Shown here piece by piece: positions 1 to 11,700 of a DNA stretch of 64,000 bases. This stretch comes from Escherichia phage vB_EcoM_CE1. The stretch is taken from the sequence record ON229909.1. One strand, given 5' to 3'. A program made the position numbers and the translations under genes. A model generated the notes under the pieces. The model was not told the DNA's origin. It was given only the letters and a program-made list of their open reading frames with translations, and did no database searches. How positions within the stretch are numbered: position 1 is the first letter of the stretch; each line of letters starts with the position of its first letter.

Positions 1-7
1 ATAAATA

Positions 8-337
8 ATGAACAAGTTAGAAATTATCAATGAACTTCGTCGTTGTGCAGAACCCACTCAAGAGGGGTGGGATATCTGGTACCATGGAGCTTATCTTGGA
101 ACTATCGTAAAGATTAAGACTGGTAAATACATGATTATTCGTGAAAGTAAAGATGCTCCAGTAGGTATTCGCAATAATTTCATGGCAGCTATAAGTTCCT
201 TTACGGATTCAGCTTACGAAATTTACCTTGCTGATTATAAAGAATTCCAGGAATCTCAACCAGTTATTCGCTCAATTGGTGTTAACAAAGCTCAACAGAA
301 AACTTTGTGGCAACGTATTAAAGGATGGTTTAAATGA
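8..337 (+). CDS. hypothetical early protein
   Basis: 109-aa ORF in track; lies in the small-ORF early region distal to arn as in T-even phages; stop overlaps next start. Confidence 0.5.
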   Translation: MNKLEIINELRRCAEPTQEGWDIWYHGAYLGTIVKIKTGKYMIIRESKDAPVGIRNNFMAAISSFTDSAYEIYLADYKEFQESQPVIRSIGVNKAQQKTLWQRIKGWFK

Positions 338-795
338 ATCCATTTATTAATCGTTTAAAAATGCTGAATGTTCCTTTATCTCGTGAAACTCCAGAAAGTC
401 TTGTTCAAAAATTTAAAGCACATGGTTATAAATGTACAGAAGAAGATATTCTGAAAGAAGTTCCTGAAATCTGTTGGCAGACCGCATACTGGGATGAAAA
501 CCAAAAGTACCAACGACGGATTGTTTGCGCAGCCAATCGTTTTAAATTAAAAGATGGACGAACTCTTATTATTCCGGGTGCTCGTCATTATTCTAAAGAC
601 ATGGCCGAAGTTTTAGATGTAGTTAAACCTCAATTAGTTACTCAGCAAGTTTGTGATGATGATCAAGGGTTTATTGACCAATATAGTAATTATTGGACAC
701 GTGAAGAAGCAATGATTATTGCAACTTACGCTGGACAAGTACGTATTGAACGCGGTGGTAGTGAAAAAGAACTTTACTCTGAGGACCTTTACTAA
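334..795 (+). CDS. hypothetical early protein
   Basis: 153-aa ORF; ATGA-type overlap with flanking ORFs suggests translational coupling. Confidence 0.5.
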   Translation: MNPFINRLKMLNVPLSRETPESLVQKFKAHGYKCTEEDILKEVPEICWQTAYWDENQKYQRRIVCAANRFKLKDGRTLIIPGARHYSKDMAEVLDVVKPQLVTQQVCDDDQGFIDQYSNYWTREEAMIIATYAGQVRIERGGSEKELYSEDLY

Positions 796-1091
796 TGAAT
801 ATTAAAAAGTTTCAAATTGATGGAATTATGAATCAAATCCAGGCACTGGAATATGCTAATAAAATGATGTCAACTAATTGGGGAATTTATGCCAATGAAC
901 CAGGATTTAAGTTCTGCGATATGGAATTCACTAAAAAGCTCGTAGGAAAAGATTATGTATGTCCATTTAGTTCTCCAGTAAATGGAATGCTAAAACCTGC
1001 TTTACGCGATCTTTATATTGCGATGAACGAAGAAATGATAAAAGAGTTAAAACGTCAACTGAAGGTGATTCAATTTGGCCAGGGAAATTAA
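795..1091 (+). CDS. hypothetical early protein
   Basis: 98-aa ORF, tightly packed with neighbours. Confidence 0.5.
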   Translation: MNIKKFQIDGIMNQIQALEYANKMMSTNWGIYANEPGFKFCDMEFTKKLVGKDYVCPFSSPVNGMLKPALRDLYIAMNEEMIKELKRQLKVIQFGQGN

Positions 1092-1293
1092 TTCAAAATC
1101 CGATTATTTTAACTCTCTCAATGATAAAGATAAAAATCTAATACGGCATTTTATCGTTGAGATGGGATATACTGATACATGTGATTTAAGAGAACATATA
1201 TTTGAATGTGGTGTAGCTAAAAAGTTTTCATTCACGTGCAAATGTTTAAGAGAGGTAATTCAGCACTATGAACAATTTAGTCGCAAAACATAA
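1075..1293 (+). CDS. hypothetical early protein
   Basis: 72-aa ORF; start may be an alternative codon. Confidence 0.4.
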   Translation: MAREINSKSDYFNSLNDKDKNLIRHFIVEMGYTDTCDLREHIFECGVAKKFSFTCKCLREVIQHYEQFSRKT

Positions 1294-1376
1294 TTTTAAT
1301 AAAGCTTCTGTTCATAAAGATAAGAAGAAAGCGTTTAAAGAATCTAATCGCAAACAGAAACATAAGGGGAAGGTCT

Positions 1377-1655
1377 ATGATTATTGATTCTCAATCTGTA
1401 GTTCAATATACAATAAAAATTGATATTCTAGAAAAGCTATATAAGTTTCTACCAAATTTATACCACTCAATTGTTAATGAATTAGTTGAAGAACTACATC
1501 TCGAGAATAATGATTTCTTGGTTGGAACTTATAAAGACCTCTCAAAAGCAGGATATTTTTACGTAATTCCAGCTCCAGGAAAAAGTATCGATGATGTATT
1601 AAAAACTATAATGATTTATGTCCATGATTACGAAATTGAAGATTATTTCGAATGA
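1377..1655 (+). CDS. arn: Arn anti-restriction protein (McrBC inhibitor)
   Basis: 92 aa, same length and position (next to asiA) as T4 Arn. Confidence 0.8.
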   Translation: MIIDSQSVVQYTIKIDILEKLYKFLPNLYHSIVNELVEELHLENNDFLVGTYKDLSKAGYFYVIPAPGKSIDDVLKTIMIYVHDYEIEDYFE

Positions 1656-1755
1656 GTCATAATCTTGAAAAGGTAATCGAGCATAATGTAGCTCAGGAAC
1701 GCGAGTCGTTCAAGGAATTCGTAGAAAAAATTTTTGAAGAAAATAACACAGACCA

Positions 1756-1786
1756 GTTTACAAATCAAGTGTCTGATGGTATTATA
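1756..1786 (+). promoter_or_regulatory. early-type sigma70 promoter upstream of asiA
   Basis: GTTTAC, ~18-nt spacer, TATTAT just upstream of asiA. Confidence 0.4.
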
Positions 1787-1816
1787 ATAAAGTCAACTAA
1801 TTGAGTGGTATAGTTA

Positions 1817-2089
1817 ATGAATAAAAACATTGATACAGTTCGTGAAATTATTACTGTTGCGTCTATTTTGATTAAATTTTCCAGAGAAGATATTGTTGAG
1901 AATCGTGCTAATTTTATTGCATTTCTGAATGAGATTGGAGTAACGCATGAAGGTAGAAAGTTAAATCAGAATTCATTCCGTAAAATTGTTTCTGAATTAA
2001 CTCAAGAAGATAAGAAAACCCTCATCGACGAATTCAACGAGGGTTTTGAGGGTGTATATCGATATCTAGAGATGTATACAAACAAATAA
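1817..2089 (+). CDS. asiA: AsiA anti-sigma70 factor
   Basis: 90 aa, sequence MNKNIDTVREIITVASILIKFSREDIVENRANFIAF... recognised as T4 AsiA. Confidence 0.95.
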   Translation: MNKNIDTVREIITVASILIKFSREDIVENRANFIAFLNEIGVTHEGRKLNQNSFRKIVSELTQEDKKTLIDEFNEGFEGVYRYLEMYTNK

Positions 2090-2746
2090 TTATTTAGCCC
2101 TTCCTAATATTCTGGCCGCCTGAGCACATATTGATTCAAGGCGGTCATTACTTATATGATCATTTCTATACCAGTACATGGTTATTGTTCCAGCATAGAT
2201 ATTATCCAAATTGAAATATGGACAACTGTACATGTAATTTATTTCGGGAGTAGGCTTTTTAGTTGGTAAAAAAGCAAATTTTGAGTCGGAATAATAATGA
2301 CGTCCATTTAAATGAACTGCATATTCATCCATAGTTTTATCAACAGGATATCCTCCAAGTGATTTTTCACTTATTGTTGAAGGTAATTTTCCTTCATATG
2401 CTATAATATCAACAAAATAGTTTAAGTTTTTAGGGCGGAAAGAATACACCGCACTAAAGTCTGCCTCAGATGATATGTGAACTATCTGGAGTTGTTCCAG
2501 GGCGACAGATTCAAAGCGTGCATTTCTTTCCTTTTCAATAATTTCACTGTATGTTTCATACTTTGATTGCTTATAGTACTCAAAGAAACTATCTCCCCTA
2601 TACCAAACAATCGCCATCATAAATAAAAGAATTACGACAGCTACCCGGGAAGCAAGAACTTTCCCGGTAGCGTTATCTTTGAACAAGCGATCTAGAACAC
2701 CCAACAGAATATCAGAGGGCGAAAATGATATTCTAGGTGCTGCCAT
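2090..2746 (-). CDS. t: holin T
   Basis: 218 aa, MAAPRISFSPSDIL... with single TMD (VAVVILLFMMAIVW); matches T4 holin; downstream of gene 38. Confidence 0.95.
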   Translation of the reverse strand: MAAPRISFSPSDILLGVLDRLFKDNATGKVLASRVAVVILLFMMAIVWYRGDSFFEYYKQSKYETYSEIIEKERNARFESVALEQLQIVHISSEADFSAVYSFRPKNLNYFVDIIAYEGKLPSTISEKSLGGYPVDKTMDEYAVHLNGRHYYSDSKFAFLPTKKPTPEINYMYSCPYFNLDNIYAGTITMYWYRNDHISNDRLESICAQAARILGRAK

Positions 2747-2777
2747 AGACCCTCCTTTTAAGGATATTTATTCAAAA

Positions 2778-3572
2778 TTATACCCTTGGACCATATATTA
2801 CTCCAACATTTTGCCATGTTGGAGCTGATCCTATAACAGCATATCCGGCAGCGCCACCAGCTCCAACTTTTAGAACTTTACCGCCATCATACCAGGCATT
2901 TTGTCCATTTGCGCCAGCATCACCACCCTGGCCAGAGTGAGCATTACCATAATTATAACCACCTCCTGGGCCATCATAAGAAGCTGCGCCGCCGGAATAA
3001 CCTCCGCCTCCTCCTGGGCCAAATGGTCTTCCTCCACCACCACCAATATCTTGCCATTTTGCACCAGAGTGAGGACGATAAGCGATACCACCTCCACCTC
3101 CACCTCCACCACAAATTACTCCACCGTTATTAATTCTTAATCGTCCACCGATGTCATTTTGAATACAATGACCACCTTGTTGACCATTACCATCTCCGCC
3201 GGAATGAGTCCATCCACCTTGTCCACCTCTACCCCACATATGGACGCCGCCACCAATATTCAACTGAACATATTCATTAGGTGTATCTCCGTACATGAAG
3301 AATAAAGGAACGTCTCTAGAATATGATACCAAATTTCCGGTAATATTAAACACTATAGGTGCACTACCTGCCTCAAAACATCTATCTCGGAACCATTGGC
3401 CATTGAAGTTATGGTCTGCTCCAAGCGTGTGAATTATTTCAACAGATCGACCTATCATATTACTCATCCAGAACGGAATGCCCATTCTTAATCGTTGGGC
3501 CGCGCCACCCATCCAATTTTGTCCTGTATTAACTACTGCAGACGATCCTACCCACGGTCCTGTTACTGCCAT
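2778..3572 (-). CDS. 38: gp38 long tail fiber adhesin, T2-type glycine-rich
   Basis: 264 aa from ATG with GGAGG SD (track ORF begins 4 codons earlier); poly-Gly motifs (GGGGGGGG, GGGGG) typical of T2/T6-type gp38 adhesins. Confidence 0.9.
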   Translation of the reverse strand: MAVTGPWVGSSAVVNTGQNWMGGAAQRLRMGIPFWMSNMIGRSVEIIHTLGADHNFNGQWFRDRCFEAGSAPIVFNITGNLVSYSRDVPLFFMYGDTPNEYVQLNIGGGVHMWGRGGQGGWTHSGGDGNGQQGGHCIQNDIGGRLRINNGGVICGGGGGGGGIAYRPHSGAKWQDIGGGGGRPFGPGGGGGYSGGAASYDGPGGGYNYGNAHSGQGGDAGANGQNAWYDGGKVLKVGAGGAAGYAVIGSAPTWQNVGVIYGPRV

Positions 3573-3603
3573 ATAAACCTCCAAGGGGCCGAAGCCCCTC
3601 TTA

Positions 3604-6600
3604 TTATTTTAACAACGATTTAACTAATGCTTTAAGTTCTTCGATTTCTGATTTAAGTTCTGCAATTTCTGCAGTATGCTCATTGATTGCGGCTGTATTT
3701 AAACCAATTACACCGTTATAGTTCAAACGAAGTAAAGCTTCGCCATCAGGGTCACCTTCAACTAATTCTGGCAAAATAGCTTGAACTTCTTGAGCTATCA
3801 AACCGGCGTTAGGTTCCCATTTCTGATTGCCTTCTTCATCTAGGCCTCGCTTCTGCATATAAGTGTAACCGTTAATTTTAGAAAGCTTCTGAGAAGCATT
3901 TTCAAATTTAACGAGGTCTTTTTTAACGCGAATATCAGAACGGACATAAACATCACGGACAAACGTTGAATAGCTATCATTTGCCTGAACGAGATGCCCA
4001 TGAGAAACAATTGCTTTACCGGCTTCTGTCCAAAAAGCACCGTATGAATCCCATAACCCCTCATGTGCCAGACGTTGAGACCCCCATGACGCAATATGAA
4101 CACCATCGGCAAACATGTTAATACGACCATCACCACCATGAACTAATCCTGTATCATTATCACCAATAGCAAGACACGCGCCGCCCCATACAGGGTCACC
4201 ACCGCCAGCTGATAATCTTCCAGTTTTAACCATGTTAGGAACATACATAACTCCATTGTGGTGGAATTCATAGATAGCTTGTGGGTCATGGCCATTTTCC
4301 TGGTTACCTACACGAATAATACCTTGTGCCCAGTTATTAGGAATGCGTCGCATACCGAAATCAACACCAGATACGTATCCTTCATTCGTAATAACAGATT
4401 TTCCTTTAATAATAGGATAATAACTATCATTACCGACGTAGCCAAAATCCACAAATACGGGAGCTTCTTGACGCCATTGATTTCCCCAATCGCCAGCCTG
4501 GTGACTGGTCCAGACAGAGCCATTAATAAAAAGTCGGTCCCTATTAAAATTAAATGTTCCTTGACCTTGAGGAGAAAGCGCTATTTCGCCGTTATTTGTT
4601 ATGTATACACCGCCTTGTGTAATGTAACTGTAAAAACCTAGACCATTATCGCCGCCGCCTTTGCCTATATACCAATTATTTGTACCACCTACATCACTAC
4701 GGATGTGCGATGAAGCGCCCACGCCTGCAGTTAAAACAAGGGCATCATTTCCAGCAGATAAAGTCAACCTACCGGTCATTGTATCGCCTTCTTTCGAAAC
4801 ACGAGTCGCAATAGCATCACGAATATTTGTAGTATCACCAGCAGAAGTAAACGGTTTCCAGATATCAGACCAGATGTTACCATTGCGAGCAATAGTAGCT
4901 TCACCTCCGCCGACAGAAACGTTATCTGGGAAGTTAACAGTACCGTCTTGATTAAAACGAGACGTATGGCCTTGTGAACCATCTTCTTTCAGATGATGAA
5001 TAACGAATGTACCCGAATTAATTTCAGTACCTAAAGACCAAACGCATTTACCGTTTAAGAATTTCTGTTTAACAATAGGATAATATTTACTTACCGCGTC
5101 ATCATCAATTTCTTGGAAAACAGGAGCTGCTTGTGCATATTGAATATCGTAACCGCCTGCACCTGCACCATGTCCACCGAATTTAATATAGCCGTTCGCA
5201 GCGAACGTATTGTAACTTGATTGTAAATCTGGAATAGTAACTTTACCGGTATCTAAAGCCATACTAAACGGGCGAAGTGGACCGATATCGCCATGTTTAC
5301 CTTCACCGTAAGCAGTTGGAATAATATGAAGACTGCCTTCTGAACGTCTAAAAATAGCTCCATAATCTGCATTCCAAATGCGAAGACCATTTACAGCATT
5401 TGTCGCGATTTCACCGGCTGCGCTGATTGTACCGTCAAATGTAGCATTTTTTACTACTGTCAAGTTTTCATTAACAATCTGGGTGCCATTTATAACCGAT
5501 TCGACTTTACCTGCAGTTGTTCGTTGAATATAGCTCATCCAACTAGTTGCGTCAGAAATTTCCATGACATTTTTACGAGTACCACCTACCGTAGTAAAAG
5601 TGTCACCCCAAACTTTGAGCTCTATATTATCAACTGAACTATATCCTATAGTATTTCCTTTAAAAAGCACAGTTGAAGCATTATTTCTACCATCGATATT
5701 AACAGAACCACCAATAACGTCAATATTACCAGGAGTGACTAATAAACCGCCGTGAGTATTAATGTTTGTAGTACCCTTACCGCGGAAATAATGATGATAA
5801 TTACCGCCTTGGTAATATCCTAAAAGAGTCTGACCATCTCCAAACGCGTTATTATCGTGATATGTCACGACAGTAGCAAGAGCATAGTTTTCAGTCGGAG
5901 GAGTAGTTAAATCTGTTCCATTAGTAGAATATCCAGCTACAAATTTTCTTAGGCTAGTTGTTTCGCTAGGGCTAAATAAAAATGTTTTCGTTCCATTATT
6001 GACGCTGAAATAATATCCATCCTGATGCCATTTTAGCCCGGTATCATTATCGCCAAGAGAAATTGAAGCAGTCCCTAATTCAGAGTATCCTTTAGAACCA
6101 CCTGGAAGACCTACAGAAATAGAATGACCGGCTTTCAATCCACCGGCCCAGTTAAACGACCAAAGATAAGTGTCTAAGCCATCTCCGGAATACCAGGTTA
6201 TTCCGTCATTAACATTAACTTCGTGGAAAATACCTGCTCCTACAGCATTTCGCATAACACGGAGGTGGTTAATAGCCGTTTCGCCTTCTTCAAATGGAGT
6301 ATTATTTGCTAATGAAGATATATCATAATCGCCCGTCTTCTTCCCATTTGTAATAACTTTATTGGTATAAATTACCGGAGTTGATACAGATTTCCACCCA
6401 AAAACTTCTGGTGAAGAAAACAAACCATTTCCATTAAAAGCGAAAGTGCTTTCTGAACCAGCTTTGTAATCTTGAACTCTAATATTAAGAACTTGTGTAG
6501 TTAATCCATCATTAGCAGGAGAAAAAATGATTCCACGTTCACGGTCAGCTAAATCATGAAAACGAACATGTGCTGTACCTGAACTTTTTGTAATAAGTTC

Positions 6601-6927
6601 GCCACCATGGGTCATTATCTGACCCGCAGCAATAATATCACGAGTTACGCGAGCAATACCCTTGAGATTGAAATCGCCAATTTGAGTGAAGGTGCCATTT
6701 AAAGTATAATCACCAGTTTGATTATAATTTCCTATATGAATAACATTCCCGTCAATACTACCGCCCTTAGCAAAACCCAGATCAATAATATTTCCTTGGT
6801 CATCTTTAGTAAAAAGTACACGGTCTTTTAAGTTTATAGCCAATTCACCTTCGGCTAATACTGAAGCGGCAGGACGTGCTCCTGCAGTTTTGCTTCTTTT
6901 AAATTGTATTTGTTTTAAAGTAGCCAT
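3604..6927 (-). CDS. 37: gp37 long tail fiber distal subunit
   Basis: 1107 aa, N-terminus [13 protein letters not shown]... as in T-even gp37; position between 36 and 38. Confidence 0.9.
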   Translation of the reverse strand: MATLKQIQFKRSKTAGARPAASVLAEGELAINLKDRVLFTKDDQGNIIDLGFAKGGSIDGNVIHIGNYNQTGDYTLNGTFTQIGDFNLKGIARVTRDIIAAGQIMTHGGELITKSSGTAHVRFHDLADRERGIIFSPANDGLTTQVLNIRVQDYKAGSESTFAFNGNGLFSSPEVFGWKSVSTPVIYTNKVITNGKKTGDYDISSLANNTPFEEGETAINHLRVMRNAVGAGIFHEVNVNDGITWYSGDGLDTYLWSFNWAGGLKAGHSISVGLPGGSKGYSELGTASISLGDNDTGLKWHQDGYYFSVNNGTKTFLFSPSETTSLRKFVAGYSTNGTDLTTPPTENYALATVVTYHDNNAFGDGQTLLGYYQGGNYHHYFRGKGTTNINTHGGLLVTPGNIDVIGGSVNIDGRNNASTVLFKGNTIGYSSVDNIELKVWGDTFTTVGGTRKNVMEISDATSWMSYIQRTTAGKVESVINGTQIVNENLTVVKNATFDGTISAAGEIATNAVNGLRIWNADYGAIFRRSEGSLHIIPTAYGEGKHGDIGPLRPFSMALDTGKVTIPDLQSSYNTFAANGYIKFGGHGAGAGGYDIQYAQAAPVFQEIDDDAVSKYYPIVKQKFLNGKCVWSLGTEINSGTFVIHHLKEDGSQGHTSRFNQDGTVNFPDNVSVGGGEATIARNGNIWSDIWKPFTSAGDTTNIRDAIATRVSKEGDTMTGRLTLSAGNDALVLTAGVGASSHIRSDVGGTNNWYIGKGGGDNGLGFYSYITQGGVYITNNGEIALSPQGQGTFNFNRDRLFINGSVWTSHQAGDWGNQWRQEAPVFVDFGYVGNDSYYPIIKGKSVITNEGYVSGVDFGMRRIPNNWAQGIIRVGNQENGHDPQAIYEFHHNGVMYVPNMVKTGRLSAGGGDPVWGGACLAIGDNDTGLVHGGDGRINMFADGVHIASWGSQRLAHEGLWDSYGAFWTEAGKAIVSHGHLVQANDSYSTFVRDVYVRSDIRVKKDLVKFENASQKLSKINGYTYMQKRGLDEEGNQKWEPNAGLIAQEVQAILPELVEGDPDGEALLRLNYNGVIGLNTAAINEHTAEIAELKSEIEELKALVKSLLK

Positions 6928-6935
6928 AAGTCCTC

Positions 6936-7592
6936 TTAATAATAGCCGAAATCTTGAACAGAATCCTTAATAACAATTTGATCAAATCGTGGAACATGCG
7001 AGGGTTGAGATGCAGGATTCTGTGAAAAAAGGTTTGGCGCAGTTAAATTTCCTGTCATAGTATCTCCAGAGCGTAATACTCTAGAGTTTGCGTTTGCTGT
7101 AACAATATTTATTGCTCCATCAACATAATCTTTCCTTGTAAGGTCATAATTATTTACTGGTGATAATGAAGTTGCGCGTATTTGTGATGCTTCAATTACA
7201 CCCTTTGAGCTAATATCTCCATTTCGCGTGTTAATTACTACAGTTCTACCTGCTGTTCCTTGTGATGATTTAAAACCAATACCATACCAAGAAACAATAT
7301 CCATATTTGTAGTATCATACGTGGCATTATCACCAGGACCAGCAAAAATACCATTGTCACCTGACCCTGCACCAGGAACAGTCATTCCTTTATTAAAAAT
7401 TACTTTATTTAAATACGTACCACCATTAGCTTTAGAAACGAAATCGTTATCAGCAGCTTGTGGTTTATTATATTCTGAATATATTTTAAATGATTTATAG
7501 AGTACATCGTCACCGGCTGGATTCAATGGAAAATTTCCTTGATGCCAAATGACAGAGCCTCCAGTTGTTGAACCTACTTTTAAATCAGCCAT
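6936..7592 (-). CDS. 36: gp36 long tail fiber hinge connector
   Basis: 218 aa (T4 ~221); synteny. Confidence 0.9.
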   Translation of the reverse strand: MADLKVGSTTGGSVIWHQGNFPLNPAGDDVLYKSFKIYSEYNKPQAADNDFVSKANGGTYLNKVIFNKGMTVPGAGSGDNGIFAGPGDNATYDTTNMDIVSWYGIGFKSSQGTAGRTVVINTRNGDISSKGVIEASQIRATSLSPVNNYDLTRKDYVDGAINIVTANANSRVLRSGDTMTGNLTAPNLFSQNPASQPSHVPRFDQIVIKDSVQDFGYY

Positions 7593-7615
7593 TGTATGCC
7601 CCTTTATTTTAATAG

Positions 7616-7623
7616 TATTTATA
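7616..7623 (-). promoter_or_regulatory. late promoter TATAAATA for gene 36
   Basis: plus-strand tatttata = minus-strand TATAAATA ~24 nt upstream of gene 36 start. Confidence 0.5.
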
Positions 7624-7629
7624 AAGAAA

Positions 7630-7651
7630 AAGGGAACCCGAAGGCTCCCTC
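7630..7651 (-). terminator. UUCG-loop hairpin after gene 35
   Basis: GGGAGCC-UUCG-GGUUCCC on minus strand followed by U-rich tract. Confidence 0.45.
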
Positions 7652-7654
7652 AAT

Positions 7655-8770
7655 TTAAACTTCTCTAAATTCTTGCCCAAATACTTTACCAGTTTTAGAC
7701 GATGCTTGTGTAGGAAGTACCATTATATCCGGAGGTGAAGCAGATTCACAGACATAATTAACTCGAATACCATTGACGCCAAATTCAGCAGGTTTTGAAA
7801 TTCCGCCATTTCTTGATACTTCAGAAAAGCTTAAATTTCTCATACCACCTTGACCTGCTTGTGCAGTTCTTTGTGCATATATCGTAAATCCTACTGCATT
7901 TTCTGGAATAACTACATAATCTTCCTTTAATTCCCATGACTCAGCTTGTCCGGTAAACTCAGCATGTGTTGAAGAAATATATCCATTCGATTCATCATAA
8001 AAACGGATAGATATATTTGTAGTTCCAAGCGCAAGTAAATCAGCATCAGCATATAGCTGTGCTTTAAGATAAAGAACATCACCAGGAATTAAATTATAAT
8101 CAGAGAGTTTACTTATCGCGGATGAAGTTGGTAAACGTGCAATTTCGTTATTAGTTCCACCAACCGCTGACATAAATTGCTCAACGCTTTCGTATGTTCT
8201 TTTAGGAAATCCCGTAGCTCCAACGTCTTCTAAACTATCAAATACAACATCTAAAATAGTTTGATAGTCATCTGTGCTTTTTCTATTACTTAGTTTAACA
8301 TGTTCTAATGCAATAGCTCTTTTAGAAGAAGTGTAAAAAGCAGCATATGATACGTCAAATCTTGACAATATAGAGTCAGATGGAAAAGCAGACGTTCCTG
8401 CGGTTCTTAACCAAGATACTACTTCAGGAGGAAAATTAACCTTTCCGTTAGTTAATATAGCAACAAGTCTATTGCTTGAAATAGAATTCATGAAGCTAAC
8501 AAAAGCGGCAGATGTAGTATCATTTGAAGTCGAAAAAGCATATGACTTATTATCAACTAATGCTCCTGTAGAAGGGTCAAAAACTCTTAAATGAAGGCCT
8601 GCGCTAAATGTTTGACTTCCGATAGGATTATCCTGAAATTTAACGTATGGTCCTGCTGTAGAAAGCGGGCAAGAACCCGCTATACTTATTTTATATCTTA
8701 CTGAATTACTTTCCGATAAAAATGGCGTTTGGACATATCCTTGTCCAAACTCTGCCATAAATTTTTCCAT
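7655..8770 (-). CDS. 35: gp35 long tail fiber hinge
   Basis: 371 aa (T4 372); synteny. Confidence 0.9.
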   Translation of the reverse strand: MEKFMAEFGQGYVQTPFLSESNSVRYKISIAGSCPLSTAGPYVKFQDNPIGSQTFSAGLHLRVFDPSTGALVDNKSYAFSTSNDTTSAAFVSFMNSISSNRLVAILTNGKVNFPPEVVSWLRTAGTSAFPSDSILSRFDVSYAAFYTSSKRAIALEHVKLSNRKSTDDYQTILDVVFDSLEDVGATGFPKRTYESVEQFMSAVGGTNNEIARLPTSSAISKLSDYNLIPGDVLYLKAQLYADADLLALGTTNISIRFYDESNGYISSTHAEFTGQAESWELKEDYVVIPENAVGFTIYAQRTAQAGQGGMRNLSFSEVSRNGGISKPAEFGVNGIRVNYVCESASPPDIMVLPTQASSKTGKVFGQEFREV

Positions 8771-8778
8771 AATACCTC

Positions 8779-11700
8779 TTATTCAACCCATTCAAATTTA
8801 ACCGTTTTATTCACTGGGTCAGGAATAATGCGAACATTACCAATTCGTAAGAAATCACGAATAGTAAGATTCCCCATTATAGCATTATCAGATGGTAAAG
8901 CACCAATATCAGATGGCTGAGGAGGGTTACCCCCATCAAATACCTGAACAAAACTTGACCAAGAGTTTTTGGTTTTCTGCCATGTACGCGTCCAGCGAGT
9001 GGTGCGCGCTTCTGGGGTCGTTGGATAAGTAATCCAATCTTGGTAAAGCGAATCGAGTGTGTTACCAAACTGAGTCAACGTACCAGGAGATTTAACCTCT
9101 TCGCCGCGTTCTAAGTATGGAAGCCCAGTCACTTCATTAGTTTTTTCAACCATCTTAAAATAACCCGGGAACTGGTTATAAGTGGCTGAATCATTAATAT
9201 CGATTGACCAGAATCCTACAGTATCAGATGTTGGCGCACGAGTATATAAATCAGAGGTTTTAGTACCCTGAGAACGAATTCTCGAGTTGACAGTTAAACC
9301 ACCTGAAGTTATAGTAGCACCTTTGGCAATAATTAAGCTTTCACCAATTGTAACCTGACCAGATTGATTATTAATTGATAATGGACGTAATCCATTAAAT
9401 CCACCAGTCTGATCGCCAGATGCAGTAAGCATAAAATAGGTGTTAGCAGCATCATTACGAATAAAGAATCCATAATCACCGTTTATTGCTCTAAAAGCAT
9501 TCGATGATTTACTGATAAATTCGCCATTAGCAGTAACTGAACTACCGAATGTTGCAACGCCATTCGCATTCAAAGAACCTAAAGCATTCACATTTATTGG
9601 CATTACAGTACCATTAATGCTAAATGCTATATTACCATCTTTATCGCGTTGAGAATAAAAGTGATAAGATGTTTCATCACTAACTTCAAATACGGTAGAA
9701 CGTGTTGTATCTGATCCCCCACTAAATTGATTCCCCCACACGCTGACTGTCATCGTTTGAGCTGGGTTCGTCCCAGTTTGAGGTCCTTTCTCAAAAATCA
9801 GACGAGTTGCTGTTCCAGTATTAGAAATGGTTAGTGTACTATTTGCTGAAACTGATCCACCAAACGTAGCAGTACTAGATGATACAAGAGGGGCACTCAG
9901 ATTCGTTTGTTGGGTTAAGGTTAGTGAACCATTAACCGTTTGTGCAATATCCCTACGAATGAACTGAGATGAATCTAGACCATCCAGTAAATTACTATCT
10001 ACAGCTTTTGCTTTTAATGGCAAATAATTTGCTAATACACGGTTTAATTCATATGGCGATACTGCATAGCTATTTTTCTCGTATAATTCTAATGACTGTG
10101 TTGAACCTACCGTATCATTACCAACGAATGTAATTGAACCAGATGAAGTTTTAACAAAACCTCTTACCAGGGTAGTAGCTGCCCAAGTAGGTTCACTCTG
10201 CACAATCCATTTTAAATTTTTTGGAGATACAGCAGTATTTGCTGACGTTCCAGCTACAGTTTCAGACTGAGTTGCAACTTTAATAACACCTTCCTGCGAT
10301 TCGGTAGATTTAGTACCTAAAAGCTTTTTAGGAGTTATTAAAACATTATCCAATGTTCCTGCAGCAGCTTCAACTTGTGTAGCTACACGAAGTGTACCAC
10401 GTTGTGTCTCATTTGCTTCAAGAATATTAAGGGTATAATGGTCCCAGAGAGTTCCTGATTCAACTAATCCAGATAGAGCAACAACAGAAGTACGATCAGT
10501 ACTATTAAATCTGGTTTTAATTTTTAATGGTGTAGAGATACGAGTATCGTCGACGCCTGCGTCGAATTCAACTTGCGTAGCAATTTCAGCTATACCACTT
10601 AAACTTTCAGTTGCTATACGGTCATTTAAAGTTTTCGGAGTGACTGCACGAGTATAATCAGTTCCTGTATTAACTTCACTTTGCGTAGCAATTTCAATTA
10701 AACCAATTCTTGCATCAGTTGATGTCTTTTTATGTAACGTTTCTGGCGTTACAACCGCATTTGCCCATCCTTCTTGGCTTTGTCCAGCAATTACTTCACT
10801 TTCAACTGCTAAAATTACTGCACCTTGCTGTGTTGGAGTAGCTTTATACTGATCTAAAGCTTTAGGCGAAACAACTAAATTATCAGTGTTTTTATTATAA
10901 ACATTCGTACCATTTAATTCACGGCTAGAAGCTGGAGTAGCACCTGCAGTAGATACAAAGGTTACAATACCAGATAATGATTCAGAACCTTGACGAGCTT
11001 GAAGCTTTTTAGGAGTGATGATTGTAGTATCATCAGTACCTGCGTTAGTTTCTTGCTGCGTAGCAATTTCAGCAACACCTCTACGAGTTTCTGTAGCAGT
11101 TCTTTCATTCAGCTTTTTAGGAGTGATGATAATATCATCAGCAAAAGAGAATGTAGTGTCCTGGTTCACTTGGGCAGTAGTTGCTATTCTTGCGATACCT
11201 CTACGAGTTTCTGTAGCAGTACGGTTAGCTAATGTTTCTGGTGTAATTGCTAATTCTTTTTGTGGAGAATTTTCTAAATCAGCATTAGCTTGAGCTTGTG
11301 TAGCTAAAGCAATTACGCCTAATCTTGCTCTAGTAGAATCATTTAAAGAATCAACTCTTTCTACAGTTGGCACGTTTTGTTGTACAACCCAGTATTTTCC
11401 ATCAGAATCTTCTATATAAGCAAGCTCTAAAACTGGAACATAATTAGTTTCACCATTAAAAACTAATTCTTGAACTGTAACCCATTTAGTTTCAGGCGGA
11501 TATTCTGAGCGTTTTGGGAATTGCAGCAATTGAACTGAAGAAGCAATTTTATCTTCACCGGCAGCTTTGATTTTAACTGTGTGTCCTTTTCTCATGTAAT
11601 TCATGGAAATTTTAACAGTATCACCAACAGAAATATCAGTCGGAAGCTGAAGTTCAATTGTCTGAGTTGTTCCGTTATTCGCACCAAATACCATAACTTC

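Noticed and set aside
2870-3140. Three overlapping ORFs (2870..3112 minus frame, 2901..3140 and 2909..3133 plus) with His-rich or Ser/Thr-rich translations, and a GGT/GGA-rich repetitive tract that could be mistaken for a tandem repeat or CRISPR-like array
   Set aside because: They lie inside gene 38; the repetitiveness comes from the glycine codons of the adhesin. There is no spacer-repeat periodicity, and alternative-frame ORFs are expected from low-complexity coding DNA.
3840-6000. Several 60-130 aa ORFs on both strands inside gene 37 (for example 3840..4139, 4258..4641, 4661..4951)
   Set aside because: Fully contained within the 1107-codon gp37 frame; no independent start signals.
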